A stretch of DNA of 64,000 bases. It comes from an uncultured Alphaproteobacteria bacterium. Lineage in GTDB: Bacteria; Pseudomonadota; Alphaproteobacteria; Micavibrionales; UBA2020. The notes under the pieces were generated by a model that saw nothing but the letters and a program-made list of their open reading frames with translations, made no database searches and was not told the origin of the DNA. How positions within the stretch are numbered: position 1 is the first letter of the stretch; every line of letters starts with the position of its first letter. This document shows positions 20,025 to 29,335 of this stretch, one piece after another. The position numbers were made by a program, and so were the translations under genes. The stretch is taken from the NCBI GenBank assembly GCA_966211335.1, contig CBIHNF010000001.1, positions 76,078-140,077 on the forward strand, given 5' to 3'.

Positions 20025-20966
20025 ATGAAAGCTTTCGTATTCCCGGGCCAGGGCAGCCAGTCGGTCGGCATGGGCAAGGAATTGGCCGAGGCTTTTCCGG
20101 TGGCGAAGCTGGTGTTTCAGGAAGTGGACGATGCGCTGTCGCAAAAACTTTCCAAGATGATTTTTGAAGGCCCCGATACGGAGCTGAACCTGACGGAAAA
20201 CACCCAGCCCGCGCTGATGGCCGTTTCTGTCGCCGTCGCGCGCATTCTGCAGCAGGCGAAAGCGGACCTTCTCACCCCTGCCGTCTGCAAATTCGTGGCG
20301 GGGCATTCGCTGGGCGAATATTCGGCCCTCACCGCCGCGGGTTCCTTCAACCTTGCGGATGCGGCGCGGCTTTTGAAAACGCGCGGACAGGCAATGCAGA
20401 AAGCGGTACCGGTGGGCGTCGGCGCCATGGCCGCCATTCTGGGCCTTGAAATGCCGGATGTGCAGGCGATTGTGAAAGAAGCCTCGGGCACCGATATTGT
20501 CGCCGCCGCGAATGACAATTCCTTCGGCCAGATCGTGATTTCGGGCCACAAGGCCGCCGTTGACAAAGCCATCGGCCTTGCGACCGCCAAGGGAGCTAAA
20601 CGCGCAATCCTCCTCCCCGTTTCCGCCCCGTTCCACTGCGCGCTGATGCAGCCGGCGGCGGAGGTGATGGCGAAAGCCCTTTCGGAAGTGAATATCAACG
20701 CGCCTTCCGTGCCGCTGGTTGCCAACGTGATTGCATCGGAAGTCATCGACCCCGCGCGCATCCGCCAGTTGCTGGTGGAGCAGGTGACGGGCATGGTGCG
20801 CTGGCGTGAATCCGTCCTTTACATGAAAACGCAAGGCGTGACGGAGCTGATCGAGCTGGGCGCCGGCAAAGTTTTGAACGGCCTCACCAAACGCATTGAT
20901 GGCGAGCTGACCGGTCGCGCCATTAACAGCCCGAAAGATATCGAAGAATTCGCGGCGACGCTTTAA
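20025..20966 (+). CDS. fabD: Malonyl-CoA:ACP transacylase
   Basis: FPGQGSQ, TENTQPAL, AGHSLGEY, VSAPFHC. Confidence 0.97.
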   Translation: MKAFVFPGQGSQSVGMGKELAEAFPVAKLVFQEVDDALSQKLSKMIFEGPDTELNLTENTQPALMAVSVAVARILQQAKADLLTPAVCKFVAGHSLGEYSALTAAGSFNLADAARLLKTRGQAMQKAVPVGVGAMAAILGLEMPDVQAIVKEASGTDIVAAANDNSFGQIVISGHKAAVDKAIGLATAKGAKRAILLPVSAPFHCALMQPAAEVMAKALSEVNINAPSVPLVANVIASEVIDPARIRQLLVEQVTGMVRWRESVLYMKTQGVTELIELGAGKVLNGLTKRIDGELTGRAINSPKDIEEFAATL

Positions 20967-21409
20967 TGGCGTTTTTGCTCTATGCCTTTGGCGCTTCGCT
21001 CTGCTGGGGCGTGAGCTATACGATATCGGAGCAGCTGCTGCGCAAGATTTCCGTCGCCTCCGTCATGGTGACGACATCGGTTGCGACGCTTTGCTTCGCG
21101 CTGTGCCTCGGGCTTGCCGGCAATAACTTCGCAGCGGATTTCGAGACGCTCAAGAAAACTTCCGGCGCGGGCTCCCTCGTCCTTATCTCCATCATCGTCT
21201 ATGTCGCGGCGAACTGCTTTATTCTGCTCTCGACCAAGGCGAAGAACGCGACCATGGCGGCTATGGTGGAAATCACCTATCCGCTCTTCACCGCCCTATT
21301 CGCCTGGCTGTTCTTTAAGGAAGTGCAGGTCACGGCCGGCACCGTGCTGGGTGCGCTGCTGATACTTGCGGGCGTCAGCTGTATCTATTATTTTGGCAAA
21401 AGTCTCTAA
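20966..21409 (+). CDS. EamA/DMT-family small membrane transporter
   Basis: Five hydrophobic segments, ITYPLFTALFAWLFFKE, GALLILAG; TAATG overlap with fabD. Confidence 0.8.
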   Translation: MAFLLYAFGASLCWGVSYTISEQLLRKISVASVMVTTSVATLCFALCLGLAGNNFAADFETLKKTSGAGSLVLISIIVYVAANCFILLSTKAKNATMAAMVEITYPLFTALFAWLFFKEVQVTAGTVLGALLILAGVSCIYYFGKSL

Positions 21410-21429
21410 CCCATAAGGATTAAAAAACC

Positions 21430-22167
21430 ATGTTCAATCTTTCCGGTAAAAAAGCGCTTGTCACGGGTGCCTCTGGCGGCATCGGCGGCGCGATTGCGAA
21501 GGCGCTGCATGCGCAAGGAGCCGATGTGGGCCTCTCCGGCCGGAATGTGGAGGCGCTGGAAAAGCTGGCCGCCGAAATCGGCTCCCGCTGCTTCGTGCTG
21601 CCGGGCGACCTGAATACGGCGGAAGCGGCCGATGCGCTGATCAAATCAGCGGAAGAGAAAATGGGACAGGTGGATATCCTCGTCAACAACGCGGGCCTGA
21701 CGAAAGACGGTTTGTTCATGCGCATGAAGGATGACGACTGGCAGGTGGTACAGGATGTAAACCTGACCGCGCCCTTCCGCCTGATCCGCGCTGCGATCAA
21801 AGGCATGATGAAGCGCCGCTTCGGCCGCATCATCAACATCACCTCCGTCGTTGGCGTCACGGGCAACCCCGGGCAGGCGAACTATTGCGCTTCCAAAGCG
21901 GGCATGATCGGCATGAGCAAATCCATGGCGGCGGAAGTCGCCTCCCGCGGCATCACGGTCAACTGCGTCGCCCCCGGCTTCATCGCGACCGCGATGACGG
22001 AAGCGCTGAATGACGACCAGAAAGCCAAAATCAACGCGACCATCCCCGCCGGCGCCATGGGCACGCCCGAAGACATCGCGGCTTCTTGCGTCTACCTCGC
22101 CTCCGATGAAGGCAAATACGTCACCGGCCAGACCATTCATGTGAATGGCGGCATGGCGATGATTTGA
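21430..22167 (+). CDS. fabG: 3-oxoacyl-ACP reductase
   Basis: TGASGGIG, NNAGLTKD, NYCASKAG, VAPGFI. Confidence 0.97.
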   Translation: MFNLSGKKALVTGASGGIGGAIAKALHAQGADVGLSGRNVEALEKLAAEIGSRCFVLPGDLNTAEAADALIKSAEEKMGQVDILVNNAGLTKDGLFMRMKDDDWQVVQDVNLTAPFRLIRAAIKGMMKRRFGRIINITSVVGVTGNPGQANYCASKAGMIGMSKSMAAEVASRGITVNCVAPGFIATAMTEALNDDQKAKINATIPAGAMGTPEDIAASCVYLASDEGKYVTGQTIHVNGGMAMI

Positions 22168-22532
22168 GCTCATGGGAAGTGGCAAATCGCGCAGAAAAAA
22201 TTGACGGCATTATACGAAGGTACAATCTCTTTTTTGTAATTCTCGTTCTAACTGTTTATTCGTTCTGCCTTAGTGTTTTGCCCGTGTTCTTTAACTGGGC
22301 AAAGTCGATTGGCAGTATGTTGCCACCGCCTTTTCTGTTTTTCTGCAGCACCTTTGAGATAATTGGCCGTCATCCCTTGTTTTATCTTTCGGGATGCACT
22401 GCTTATTACGTTCTTTCAGTAAAAATCCTGAAGCCCAGCACCGCGACTATTGTGAATATTGCGCTGCTCGCCGTTTTTACACTAGCACTGCTGATCCTGA
22501 GCGGGCCGTTTCCCTCTCAGCTGCATGATTGA
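22164..22532 (+). CDS. AT-rich orphan membrane protein
   Basis: TTG start overlapping the fabG TGA; about three hydrophobic segments; AT-rich. Confidence 0.5.
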   Translation: MSSWEVANRAEKIDGIIRRYNLFFVILVLTVYSFCLSVLPVFFNWAKSIGSMLPPPFLFFCSTFEIIGRHPLFYLSGCTAYYVLSVKILKPSTATIVNIALLAVFTLALLILSGPFPSQLHD

Positions 22533-22551
22533 GTGAAATTTGGGATAGATC

Positions 22552-22731
22552 TTAGTTCAGGTATCTGCGGACTTTGTCCGGCTCGGGGCCCATGAGTTCT
22601 ACCGCTTCGATAAGCTCAGGCTGGGAGACGCCGAATTCTTCCATCCAGTAGTGGACGGCGTGGGCTTCTGCGAGGGAAATCTGGCCGTGGGTGCCGGTAT
22701 AGAACGGTTGCTGGTTCATGACTTGGCTCAT
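22552..22731 (-). CDS. DUF3606-like small protein (59 aa, below the ORF-track cutoff)
   Basis: Manual translation MSQVMNQQPFYTGTHGQISLAEAHAVHYWMEEFGVSQPELIEAVELMGPEPDKVRRYLN matches the I.L.....V.YW...GVS..EL..AV...G.....VR.YL pattern. Confidence 0.8.
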   Translation of the reverse strand: MSQVMNQQPFYTGTHGQISLAEAHAVHYWMEEFGVSQPELIEAVELMGPEPDKVRRYLN

Positions 22732-22753
22732 GCGTTGTTGCCGTTACCAGACT

Positions 22754-22779
22754 AACGGGGACCCAAAACTGGCGGTTCC
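22754..22779 (-). promoter_or_regulatory. EcfG/SigT general-stress sigma promoter
   Basis: Minus strand GGAAC-N17-CGTT, about 22 nt upstream of the DUF3606-like start. Confidence 0.75.
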
Positions 22780-22864
22780 TGTAACATCCTATAGTATTGA
22801 TTAAATTGGAAAATATCAGCTCGGTCGCTCATTGTTGCAGCCTTTCATTTTGTTCCCAATTTTG

Positions 22865-22894
22865 TTGACATAACGCCAGAATCGCAATTATACT
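22865..22894 (+). promoter_or_regulatory. Near-consensus sigma70 promoter
   Basis: TTGACA-N18-TATACT. Confidence 0.65.
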
Positions 22895-23027
22895 TTGCCC
22901 TGCCGATGGTTACTCCGGCAGCGCGGTTTTGCCCCCTTTGGGGCTTATGTTTCTCGCCTGCCTCTTCAGCCCCGGTAAAACAGCCATGAACAACCCGCAA
23001 CCCTTCATAACCTTGAAAGGATGACGC

Positions 23028-23417
23028 ATGTCTGACGATACCTCGAATTTTAAATCCAATACCGGCATGGCGGAACTGGCCCTGTTCGCAGTGACCCTGT
23101 CGCTGGAAAAGCAAATGAAGGGCATCCGCGAGGCGCGCACGGTGCTGGGGGCGACCTTCGGCGCGATCGTCAACGGACAGCGTATTCTGAAGGACATCAA
23201 ATTCTGCGCGGAAGAAATGGGGCTTTCCATCCCGAAGGGGGAAGACTCCATCAAAACGCTGCAGCGACTTGTCGATGCCGCCGATGCCAGAGGCATTGAT
23301 ACCACCCGCATCAAGAAGACGATGAAGGATGTCGTGGAGATCAATCGGCAGGTGGAAGGCAGCCGCGCCGGCCCCTATAAAACCATCCAGATCGCCCGCC
23401 GCCATTTCAACGGGTAA
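23028..23417 (+). CDS. Hypothetical helical protein
   Basis: 129-aa ORF, AAGGA RBS, host-like codons; ends GPYKTIQIARRHFNG. Confidence 0.7.
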   Translation: MSDDTSNFKSNTGMAELALFAVTLSLEKQMKGIREARTVLGATFGAIVNGQRILKDIKFCAEEMGLSIPKGEDSIKTLQRLVDAADARGIDTTRIKKTMKDVVEINRQVEGSRAGPYKTIQIARRHFNG

Positions 23418-23639
23418 ATTTGTACCGAATTGAATCTAGGGCAGAATTCGGAACGGGGTGGAATTCCGCCATTCCTCGCACCAGCTTATTTCTTGACATA
23501 AGGCGCCAAAACCGCTTATGACAAGGGCAGATTGGATGTTTGCAAACATGGAAACTGTGTGATAATTACACCCTCACCTGTAAAATGCAGCGCTAGAACA
23601 TACGACCAAATATAACCTAACACCGAACGAGGAAATGCA

Positions 23640-23882
23640 ATGAGCAACGTCAACGAACGCGTCAAGAAAATCGTGGTAGAGCACCTCGGAGTCGATGGCG
23701 CAAAAGTCACCGATAACGCCAGCTTTATCGACGATCTGGGCGCAGACAGCCTCGACACCGTCGAGCTGGTCATGGCATTTGAGGAAGAATTCGGCATCGA
23801 AATTCCCGATGACGCGGCTGAAAAAATCCAGACCGTGAAAGACGCAATCTCGTTCATCCAGCAGAACGCGAAAGCCGCTTAA
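23640..23882 (+). CDS. acpP: Acyl carrier protein
   Basis: [20 protein letters not shown]. Confidence 0.98.
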   Translation: MSNVNERVKKIVVEHLGVDGAKVTDNASFIDDLGADSLDTVELVMAFEEEFGIEIPDDAAEKIQTVKDAISFIQQNAKAA

Positions 23883-23900
23883 CATCGCCTGATACATTTG

Positions 23901-23941
23901 AAAAATGGCCCCTTCTTTTTAAAAAGACCGGGGCCATTTTT
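23901..23941 (+). terminator. Intrinsic terminator or hairpin after acpP
   Basis: AAAAATGGCCCC...GGGGCCATTTTT. Confidence 0.8.
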
Positions 23942-23976
23942 CTTATCAGCCTTTTTACCAATTTTCGGAGTTTTCA

Positions 23977-25248
23977 ATGCGGCGCGTCGTCGTTACCGGC
24001 ATGGGGATTGTCAGCCCGCTCGGCCTTGGCCTCGAGCATAACTGGCAGGCACTGACCAACAGCAAATCGGGCATCAGCCAGATCCACCTGTTCGACGCCT
24101 CCGACATTCCGTCCCGCATCGCGGGCCAGGTGCCGCGCGCGTCGGAAACCGCGACCGGCCCCAACGTCCTCGACCTCAATAAATACATCGAACATAAAGA
24201 GCAGAAGAAGATGGATGACTTCATCCACTTCGGCTATGTCGCGGCGGTGGATGCCGTGGAAGATTCCGGCTGGAAGCCGATCGACCATGAAGACCAGTGC
24301 CGCACCGGCGTGCTGATCGGCTCCGGCATCGGCGGCCTCACCAATATTCAAGACACTTCCATCATGATGCAGGAAAAGGGCACGCGCCGCATATCGCCGT
24401 TCTTCATCCCCTCCTCCCTCATCAACCTGATTTCGGGTCAGGTTTCCATCCGCTACGGCTTCAAGGGGCCGAACCATGCGGTGGTCACGGCCTGCGCGAC
24501 CGGCACCCATGCGATTGGTGACGCTGCGCGCCTGATCGCTTTTGATGATGCCGATGTGATGGTGGCGGGCGGCGCGGAAGCCGCCATTTGCCGCGTCGGC
24601 GTTGCGGGCTTTGCCGCCTGCCGCGCCCTATCGACTGGTTATAACGACACGCCCGAAAAAGCATCCCGCCCGTTCGACAAAAACCGCGACGGCTTCGTGA
24701 TTGGCGAAGGCGCCGGTGTTGTGGTGCTGGAAGAATATGAGCACGCCAAGAAACGCGGCGCGAAAATTTACGCGGAAGTGATTGGCTATGGCCTGTCGGG
24801 CGATGCCTATCACGTCACATCGCCCTCCGAAGACGGCGACGGCGGTTTCCGCGCCATGAAGGCGGCGCTGAAACGCGCCAATATTTCGCCGGATCAGGTT
24901 GATTACATCAACGCGCATGGCACCTCGACCCCGCTGGGTGACGACATTGAACTTGGCGCGGTGAAGCGCATGTTTGGCGATGCGCTTAAAAAGACCAGCA
25001 TTTCCTCCACCAAATCCGCCATCGGTCACCTGCTCGGCGCGGCGGGGGCGGTGGAAGCGATCTTCAGCGTGAAGGCGATCGAGACCGGCGTTGTGCCGCC
25101 GACCTTGAACCTCGATGACCCGACCGATGTGGCGGCGGGGCTTGATCTTGTGCCGCATACCGCAAAGCAGCGCAAAGTCGATATTGCCCTCTCCAACTCC
25201 TTCGGCTTCGGCGGCACCAACGCGACGCTGATTTTCAAGAAAGTCTAA
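23977..25248 (+). CDS. fabF: Beta-ketoacyl-ACP synthase II
   Basis: VTACATG, NAHGTST, KSAIGHLLGAAG, SNSFGFGG. Confidence 0.97.
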   Translation: MRRVVVTGMGIVSPLGLGLEHNWQALTNSKSGISQIHLFDASDIPSRIAGQVPRASETATGPNVLDLNKYIEHKEQKKMDDFIHFGYVAAVDAVEDSGWKPIDHEDQCRTGVLIGSGIGGLTNIQDTSIMMQEKGTRRISPFFIPSSLINLISGQVSIRYGFKGPNHAVVTACATGTHAIGDAARLIAFDDADVMVAGGAEAAICRVGVAGFAACRALSTGYNDTPEKASRPFDKNRDGFVIGEGAGVVVLEEYEHAKKRGAKIYAEVIGYGLSGDAYHVTSPSEDGDGGFRAMKAALKRANISPDQVDYINAHGTSTPLGDDIELGAVKRMFGDALKKTSISSTKSAIGHLLGAAGAVEAIFSVKAIETGVVPPTLNLDDPTDVAAGLDLVPHTAKQRKVDIALSNSFGFGGTNATLIFKKV

Positions 25249-25251
25249 ATC

Positions 25252-26238
25252 TTGGCAAAATTCCTGAAATCGCTTTTCGCCCTGCTGCTTCTTGGCGGCA
25301 TTGGCGCGCTTATCCTTGTCTGGCTCTATGCCAATATGCAGCTGCCCAAAGACGGCCCGCTGCAAAAAGACGCGCTGGTGCTGATCGACGCTGGATCCTC
25401 CACCCAAAAAATTTCCGACACGCTGCTGGCGGCCGGCGCGATTGATACGCCCTGGTTGTTCCGCTACGGCGCCTACATGAAAAAACAGGAAGGCCCCTTA
25501 AAGGCTGGCGAATACGATATCAAAGCGCATTCCAGTATTGCCGCGATTATCGCGCAGCTGCAGTCCGGCAAAGTGTACCAGCACCAGCTGACGATTCCGG
25601 AAGGCCTTACGTCCTTCGAGATTATCACCCTCATCAACAACGCGCCTGCGATGTCGGGCGGGCTTGAAACCATTCCGGCGGAAGGCACGCTGCTGCCCGA
25701 AACCTATAACTACACATACGGCGAAAACCGCTCGACGCTCGTCAACCGCATGGCGGAGAATATGAAGAAGACGCTTGCGGCACTGTGGAAAGACCACGAC
25801 AGCGGCATCCTGCTAAAGACGCCGCAGGAAGCAGTTACCCTCGCCTCCATCGTCGAAAAAGAAACCGCACTGCCGGCGGAGCGCCCGCGCATTGCCGGCG
25901 TTTTCATGAACCGCCTCAAGGCCCCCATGCCGCTGCAGTCCGATCCCACCGTGATTTATGCGGTGACGATGGGCAAGATGAAGCTTGACCGTTCCATCAC
26001 CCGCAACGACCTTGAAATGCAGTCGCCCTATAACACCTATCAGGTCACAGGCCTGCCGCCGGGGCCGATTGCGAATCCCGGCAAGGCATCGCTCAATGCC
26101 GTCATGCATCCTGAAGCGAATCAATATTTCTTCTTCGTGGCGGACGGAACAGGCGGTCATGCCTTTGCCAAAACGAATGACGAACATGCCGCCAATGTCG
26201 CCAAATGGCGCGCGCTGATACAGCAAAAAAAGAAGTAA
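25252..26238 (+). CDS. mltG: Endolytic transglycosylase MltG
   Basis: TIPEGLT, EGTLLPETY, LASIVEKET, LQSDPTV, YNTY...GLPPGPIANPG. Confidence 0.95.
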   Translation: MAKFLKSLFALLLLGGIGALILVWLYANMQLPKDGPLQKDALVLIDAGSSTQKISDTLLAAGAIDTPWLFRYGAYMKKQEGPLKAGEYDIKAHSSIAAIIAQLQSGKVYQHQLTIPEGLTSFEIITLINNAPAMSGGLETIPAEGTLLPETYNYTYGENRSTLVNRMAENMKKTLAALWKDHDSGILLKTPQEAVTLASIVEKETALPAERPRIAGVFMNRLKAPMPLQSDPTVIYAVTMGKMKLDRSITRNDLEMQSPYNTYQVTGLPPGPIANPGKASLNAVMHPEANQYFFFVADGTGGHAFAKTNDEHAANVAKWRALIQQKKK

Positions 26239-26268
26239 TTCGGCTATATATTTAAGGTGTTAGCGGGC

Positions 26269-26283
26269 TTACCAATCCGTTAA
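26269..26283. promoter_or_regulatory. CtrA-like box with one mismatch, upstream of yqgE
   Basis: TTAC-N7-TTAA, intergenic. Confidence 0.35.
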
Positions 26284-26307
26284 GGCTTTTCTGTTAGCAT
26301 ATTCCTT

Positions 26308-26919
26308 ATGACCCAGAAGCACCGTGCCGATAGCAACCAGATCGACCCCAACCTGCTGAAGGGTGAAAGCCCGTTCCGCAACCAGCTGCTGATTGCCATG
26401 CCGGGCATGGATCAGGGTTTTTTCCACCGCAGCGTCGTCTACCTGTGCGCGCATTCCGATGCGGGGGCGATGGGCATCGTCATCAACCAAAAATTGCCCG
26501 ACATTGATTTCAAGGATTTGCTGGCGCAACTGTCATTGCCGAAATCGGAACTGCTGATGCAGCCCATCGTGCATTTCGGCGGGCCGGTGGAAACGGGCCG
26601 CGGCTTCGTGCTGCATTCGACCGATTTCATGCGCGACGACACCGTGCGCATCAACGACCGCATGGCGATTACCGGCACGATAGATATTCTGCGCGCGCTT
26701 GCCGAAGGCCGCGGGCCGGAGCGCAGCATTTTCGCGCTCGGCTATGCCGGCTGGGGGCCGGGGCAGCTGGAAGACGAACTCCGCAACAACGCCTGGCTGA
26801 CCATGCCCGCCGATGATGAAGTGATGTTTGAAACCGCGCTCGGCCGCAAATGGGACGTCGCCATGTCCCGCATCGGCGTCAGTCCGCTGACCCTGTCGAT
26901 GGACGCGGGCCACGCTTAA
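26308..26919 (+). CDS. yqgE: YqgE/AlgH family protein
   Basis: LLIAMP, GAMGIVIN, GGPVETGRGFVLH, GYAGWGPGQLEDEL. Confidence 0.93.
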   Translation: MTQKHRADSNQIDPNLLKGESPFRNQLLIAMPGMDQGFFHRSVVYLCAHSDAGAMGIVINQKLPDIDFKDLLAQLSLPKSELLMQPIVHFGGPVETGRGFVLHSTDFMRDDTVRINDRMAITGTIDILRALAEGRGPERSIFALGYAGWGPGQLEDELRNNAWLTMPADDEVMFETALGRKWDVAMSRIGVSPLTLSMDAGHA

Positions 26920-26922
26920 AGT

Positions 26923-27525
26923 TTAAAAAGCCCCTAGTGAAATAAACTCATCCGCAATCAGTGAATACATCTGGTGATCGCGCCACTGGCCGTCGATGCG
27001 GATAAATTTGCGCGCGAGGCCCTCCGGCTTGAAGCCGCAGTTGGTGAGGACTTTCTGGCTGGCGGTATTTTCCGGCAGCGTGCCGGCCTGAATGCGGTGA
27101 AGGCGCAGCGCGGAAAAGCCAAAGCCCGCCGCCAGCAGCACCGCTTCCGTCATGAAGCCCTGTCTGGTTTCCGCCTTGTCGAGCCAGTAGCCCATGGTCG
27201 CCATCTGCCCCGCGCCGCGCACGATGTTGTTGAGGGTGAGGCCGCCGATCAGCGCGTCGGTATCCTGCCGGAAGATGAAGAAGGTATAGGCAATGTCATC
27301 TTTCCAGTCTTCGAGATAGCAAGGCAGGCGCTGCATATAGCCTTCGCGTGAAATATTGACCATGGCGCCGGCGGGGCTCCAGGGTTTCAGGAAGGATTCA
27401 TTGCGGGCGCGCACGGCGACCCATGCTTTCGCATCGCCCTTTTCCGGCGCGCGCATGTAAATACGCTCGCCATTAAGGCGTTGCGGCACGGGCGGCTGGG
27501 CGGTTTTAAACAGGTTGAGAACCAT
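26923..27525 (-). CDS. rimJ: RimJ/RimL-family N-acetyltransferase
   Basis: GYWLDK...GFMTEA, LHRIQA, NTASQKVL, GFKPEG, IDGQWRDH. Confidence 0.88.
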   Translation of the reverse strand: MVLNLFKTAQPPVPQRLNGERIYMRAPEKGDAKAWVAVRARNESFLKPWSPAGAMVNISREGYMQRLPCYLEDWKDDIAYTFFIFRQDTDALIGGLTLNNIVRGAGQMATMGYWLDKAETRQGFMTEAVLLAAGFGFSALRLHRIQAGTLPENTASQKVLTNCGFKPEGLARKFIRIDGQWRDHQMYSLIADEFISLGAF

Positions 27526-27604
27526 GGTGACCTCGGCATATGCGCCTAAAAATAACTGTTATTCAGGATTATATCTTCTATATTGGGGGTCAAGAAGGGG
27601 CTTT

Positions 27605-28900
27605 ATGACCATGCGCAACCAGACATCCACCATAATCCTGACCTGCCTGCTGGCGCTTGCCATCCAGACTCCGGTAAATGCCGCCGCGATTGTGCAGCCG
27701 GCAGTCAAGCATGTCGGGAAACCGGCCCCGAAGCCCGCCGCCAAAGCGCCCGTAAAGGCCGCGCCAAAGCCCGCAGCAGCCCCCAAAGCCCCCGCCGCCC
27801 ATATCCCTGCCCCGCCGCACGGCAACATGGCCCATCCGCTGGCTGCCAAGGAAGGCAAGGACGGCCCGCTGCCGGTCAAGAACATCGATGAAGGCGCGGA
27901 TTTACCGGATTACCCGGCCGGCGCCAGAATCTCCATCGGCCAGCTGCAGGACTACCAGACGGGCGAGGAAGATACCTTCCTCGATATCGCCCGCCACTTC
28001 GGTCTTGGCTATGTGGAACTGCGCGCCGCCAACCCCGGCATCGACCCCTGGGCACCGCTGCCAGGCACGGAGATGACGATCCCCACCTTCAAGCTGCTGC
28101 CGCGCGCGCCGCAGCAGGGCATTGTCGTCAACCTTGGCGAAATGCGCCTCTATTATTTCTACGAGCAGGGCAAAGCCCCTTACACCTTCCCGCTCGGCAT
28201 CGGCTCGGAAGGACTGGATACGCCGACCGGCACGACCAGCATCGTCCGCAAGGTCGCGGGGCCCGAATGGCACCCGACCGACCGCATGAAACAGATCAAG
28301 CCCTGGCTGCCCTCGACCGTCGGCGCAGGTCCATCCAACCCGCTGGGCACCCATGCCATGTACCTGGGCTGGCCGACCTTCCTCATTCACGGCTCCAACA
28401 AGCCCTGGGGCATTGGCCGCCGCGTGTCATCCGGCTGCATGCGCATGTACCCGGAAGATATCATCCGCGTGTTTGACATGGTGCCGGTCGGCACGCGCGT
28501 CACCGTCGTCGACCAGCCGATTAAAATCGGCTGGCTGAATGACGGCCTCTACCTTGAAGCCAACCCGTCCAAGACGCAGAGCAATGAAATTGAAATGGAC
28601 GGCCGCCAGACCGTAACGCCGATGACCGATAATATCCGCCGCATGATTACCCATGCGGCAGGAGCCGGCGCGGAAAACCGCATTGACTGGTCGGCGGCGG
28701 AGCGCGCCATTCACGACCGCAGCGGCATTCCCGTGCTGATCGCGCCGGCGGAAGGCAAATCCATGCCGGTCGCATCTGGGTCCAGAAAGAAAGACGCGCC
28801 GAAGAAAGAAACCATTATTGAAGGCCGCGAGAAGTTCTACACCGGACAAGGTCGCCTGCGCGCCGCGCCGGGTGATGCGTCCAGCTTCAACGACAATTAA
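27605..28900 (+). CDS. L,D-transpeptidase (ErfK/YbiS/YkuD family)
   Basis: Signal peptide, Pro/Ala/Lys linker, NPGIDPW, NPLG, IHGSN...VSSGCMRM; start moved to 27605. Confidence 0.93.
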   Translation: MTMRNQTSTIILTCLLALAIQTPVNAAAIVQPAVKHVGKPAPKPAAKAPVKAAPKPAAAPKAPAAHIPAPPHGNMAHPLAAKEGKDGPLPVKNIDEGADLPDYPAGARISIGQLQDYQTGEEDTFLDIARHFGLGYVELRAANPGIDPWAPLPGTEMTIPTFKLLPRAPQQGIVVNLGEMRLYYFYEQGKAPYTFPLGIGSEGLDTPTGTTSIVRKVAGPEWHPTDRMKQIKPWLPSTVGAGPSNPLGTHAMYLGWPTFLIHGSNKPWGIGRRVSSGCMRMYPEDIIRVFDMVPVGTRVTVVDQPIKIGWLNDGLYLEANPSKTQSNEIEMDGRQTVTPMTDNIRRMITHAAGAGAENRIDWSAAERAIHDRSGIPVLIAPAEGKSMPVASGSRKKDAPKKETIIEGREKFYTGQGRLRAAPGDASSFNDN

Positions 28901-28938
28901 GTCACTGCCGATAAGTCACACAGGAAAAACACGCAAAG

Positions 28939-28975
28939 AAAAACCGCGCCGGAGAAATCTCCTGGCGCGGTTTTT
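28939..28975. terminator. Bidirectional terminator
   Basis: AAAAACCGCGCC...GGCGCGGTTTTT between convergent genes. Confidence 0.85.
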
Positions 28976-29005
28976 ACTATTTCCTTCGAGATGAAGGAAA
29001 AAGGC

Positions 29006-29188
29006 TTACTTGTGCAGCGAGTGGCTCATTGCACGGTCAGCTTTGTGCTCGACTTTCGTCTGCTCAACGGTGCCTTCGCCGGCCGTACGGCCGCCGGACA
29101 TCGGGGTCCAGGTGCCAGAGTTGCTGCCGGAGCAAGCTGCGAGGCCGAGAACTGCGACGAGAGAAAGTGCCAGGATAGAACGTTTCAT
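29006..29188 (-). CDS. Small lipoprotein (60 aa)
   Basis: MKRSILALSLVAVLGLAA-C lipobox, GAGG RBS, own terminator. Confidence 0.85.
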   Translation of the reverse strand: MKRSILALSLVAVLGLAACSGSNSGTWTPMSGGRTAGEGTVEQTKVEHKADRAMSHSLHK

Positions 29189-29233
29189 TATTTTGTTTCC
29201 TCTAATAGTTTTGCCCCCTGTACGGAGGGCAGT

Positions 29234-29247
29234 TTACAACGTTGTAA
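29234..29247. promoter_or_regulatory. Perfect 14-bp palindrome upstream of the lipoprotein gene
   Basis: TTACAACGTTGTAA. Confidence 0.5.
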
Positions 29248-29335
29248 CACCTAAGTTTATTACTACAGATATATTGCAGAGTCTATGAACTTAGCCTTGC
29301 AAATAATAGAGAAAATGCCCGATTTTGGCCTGAAT

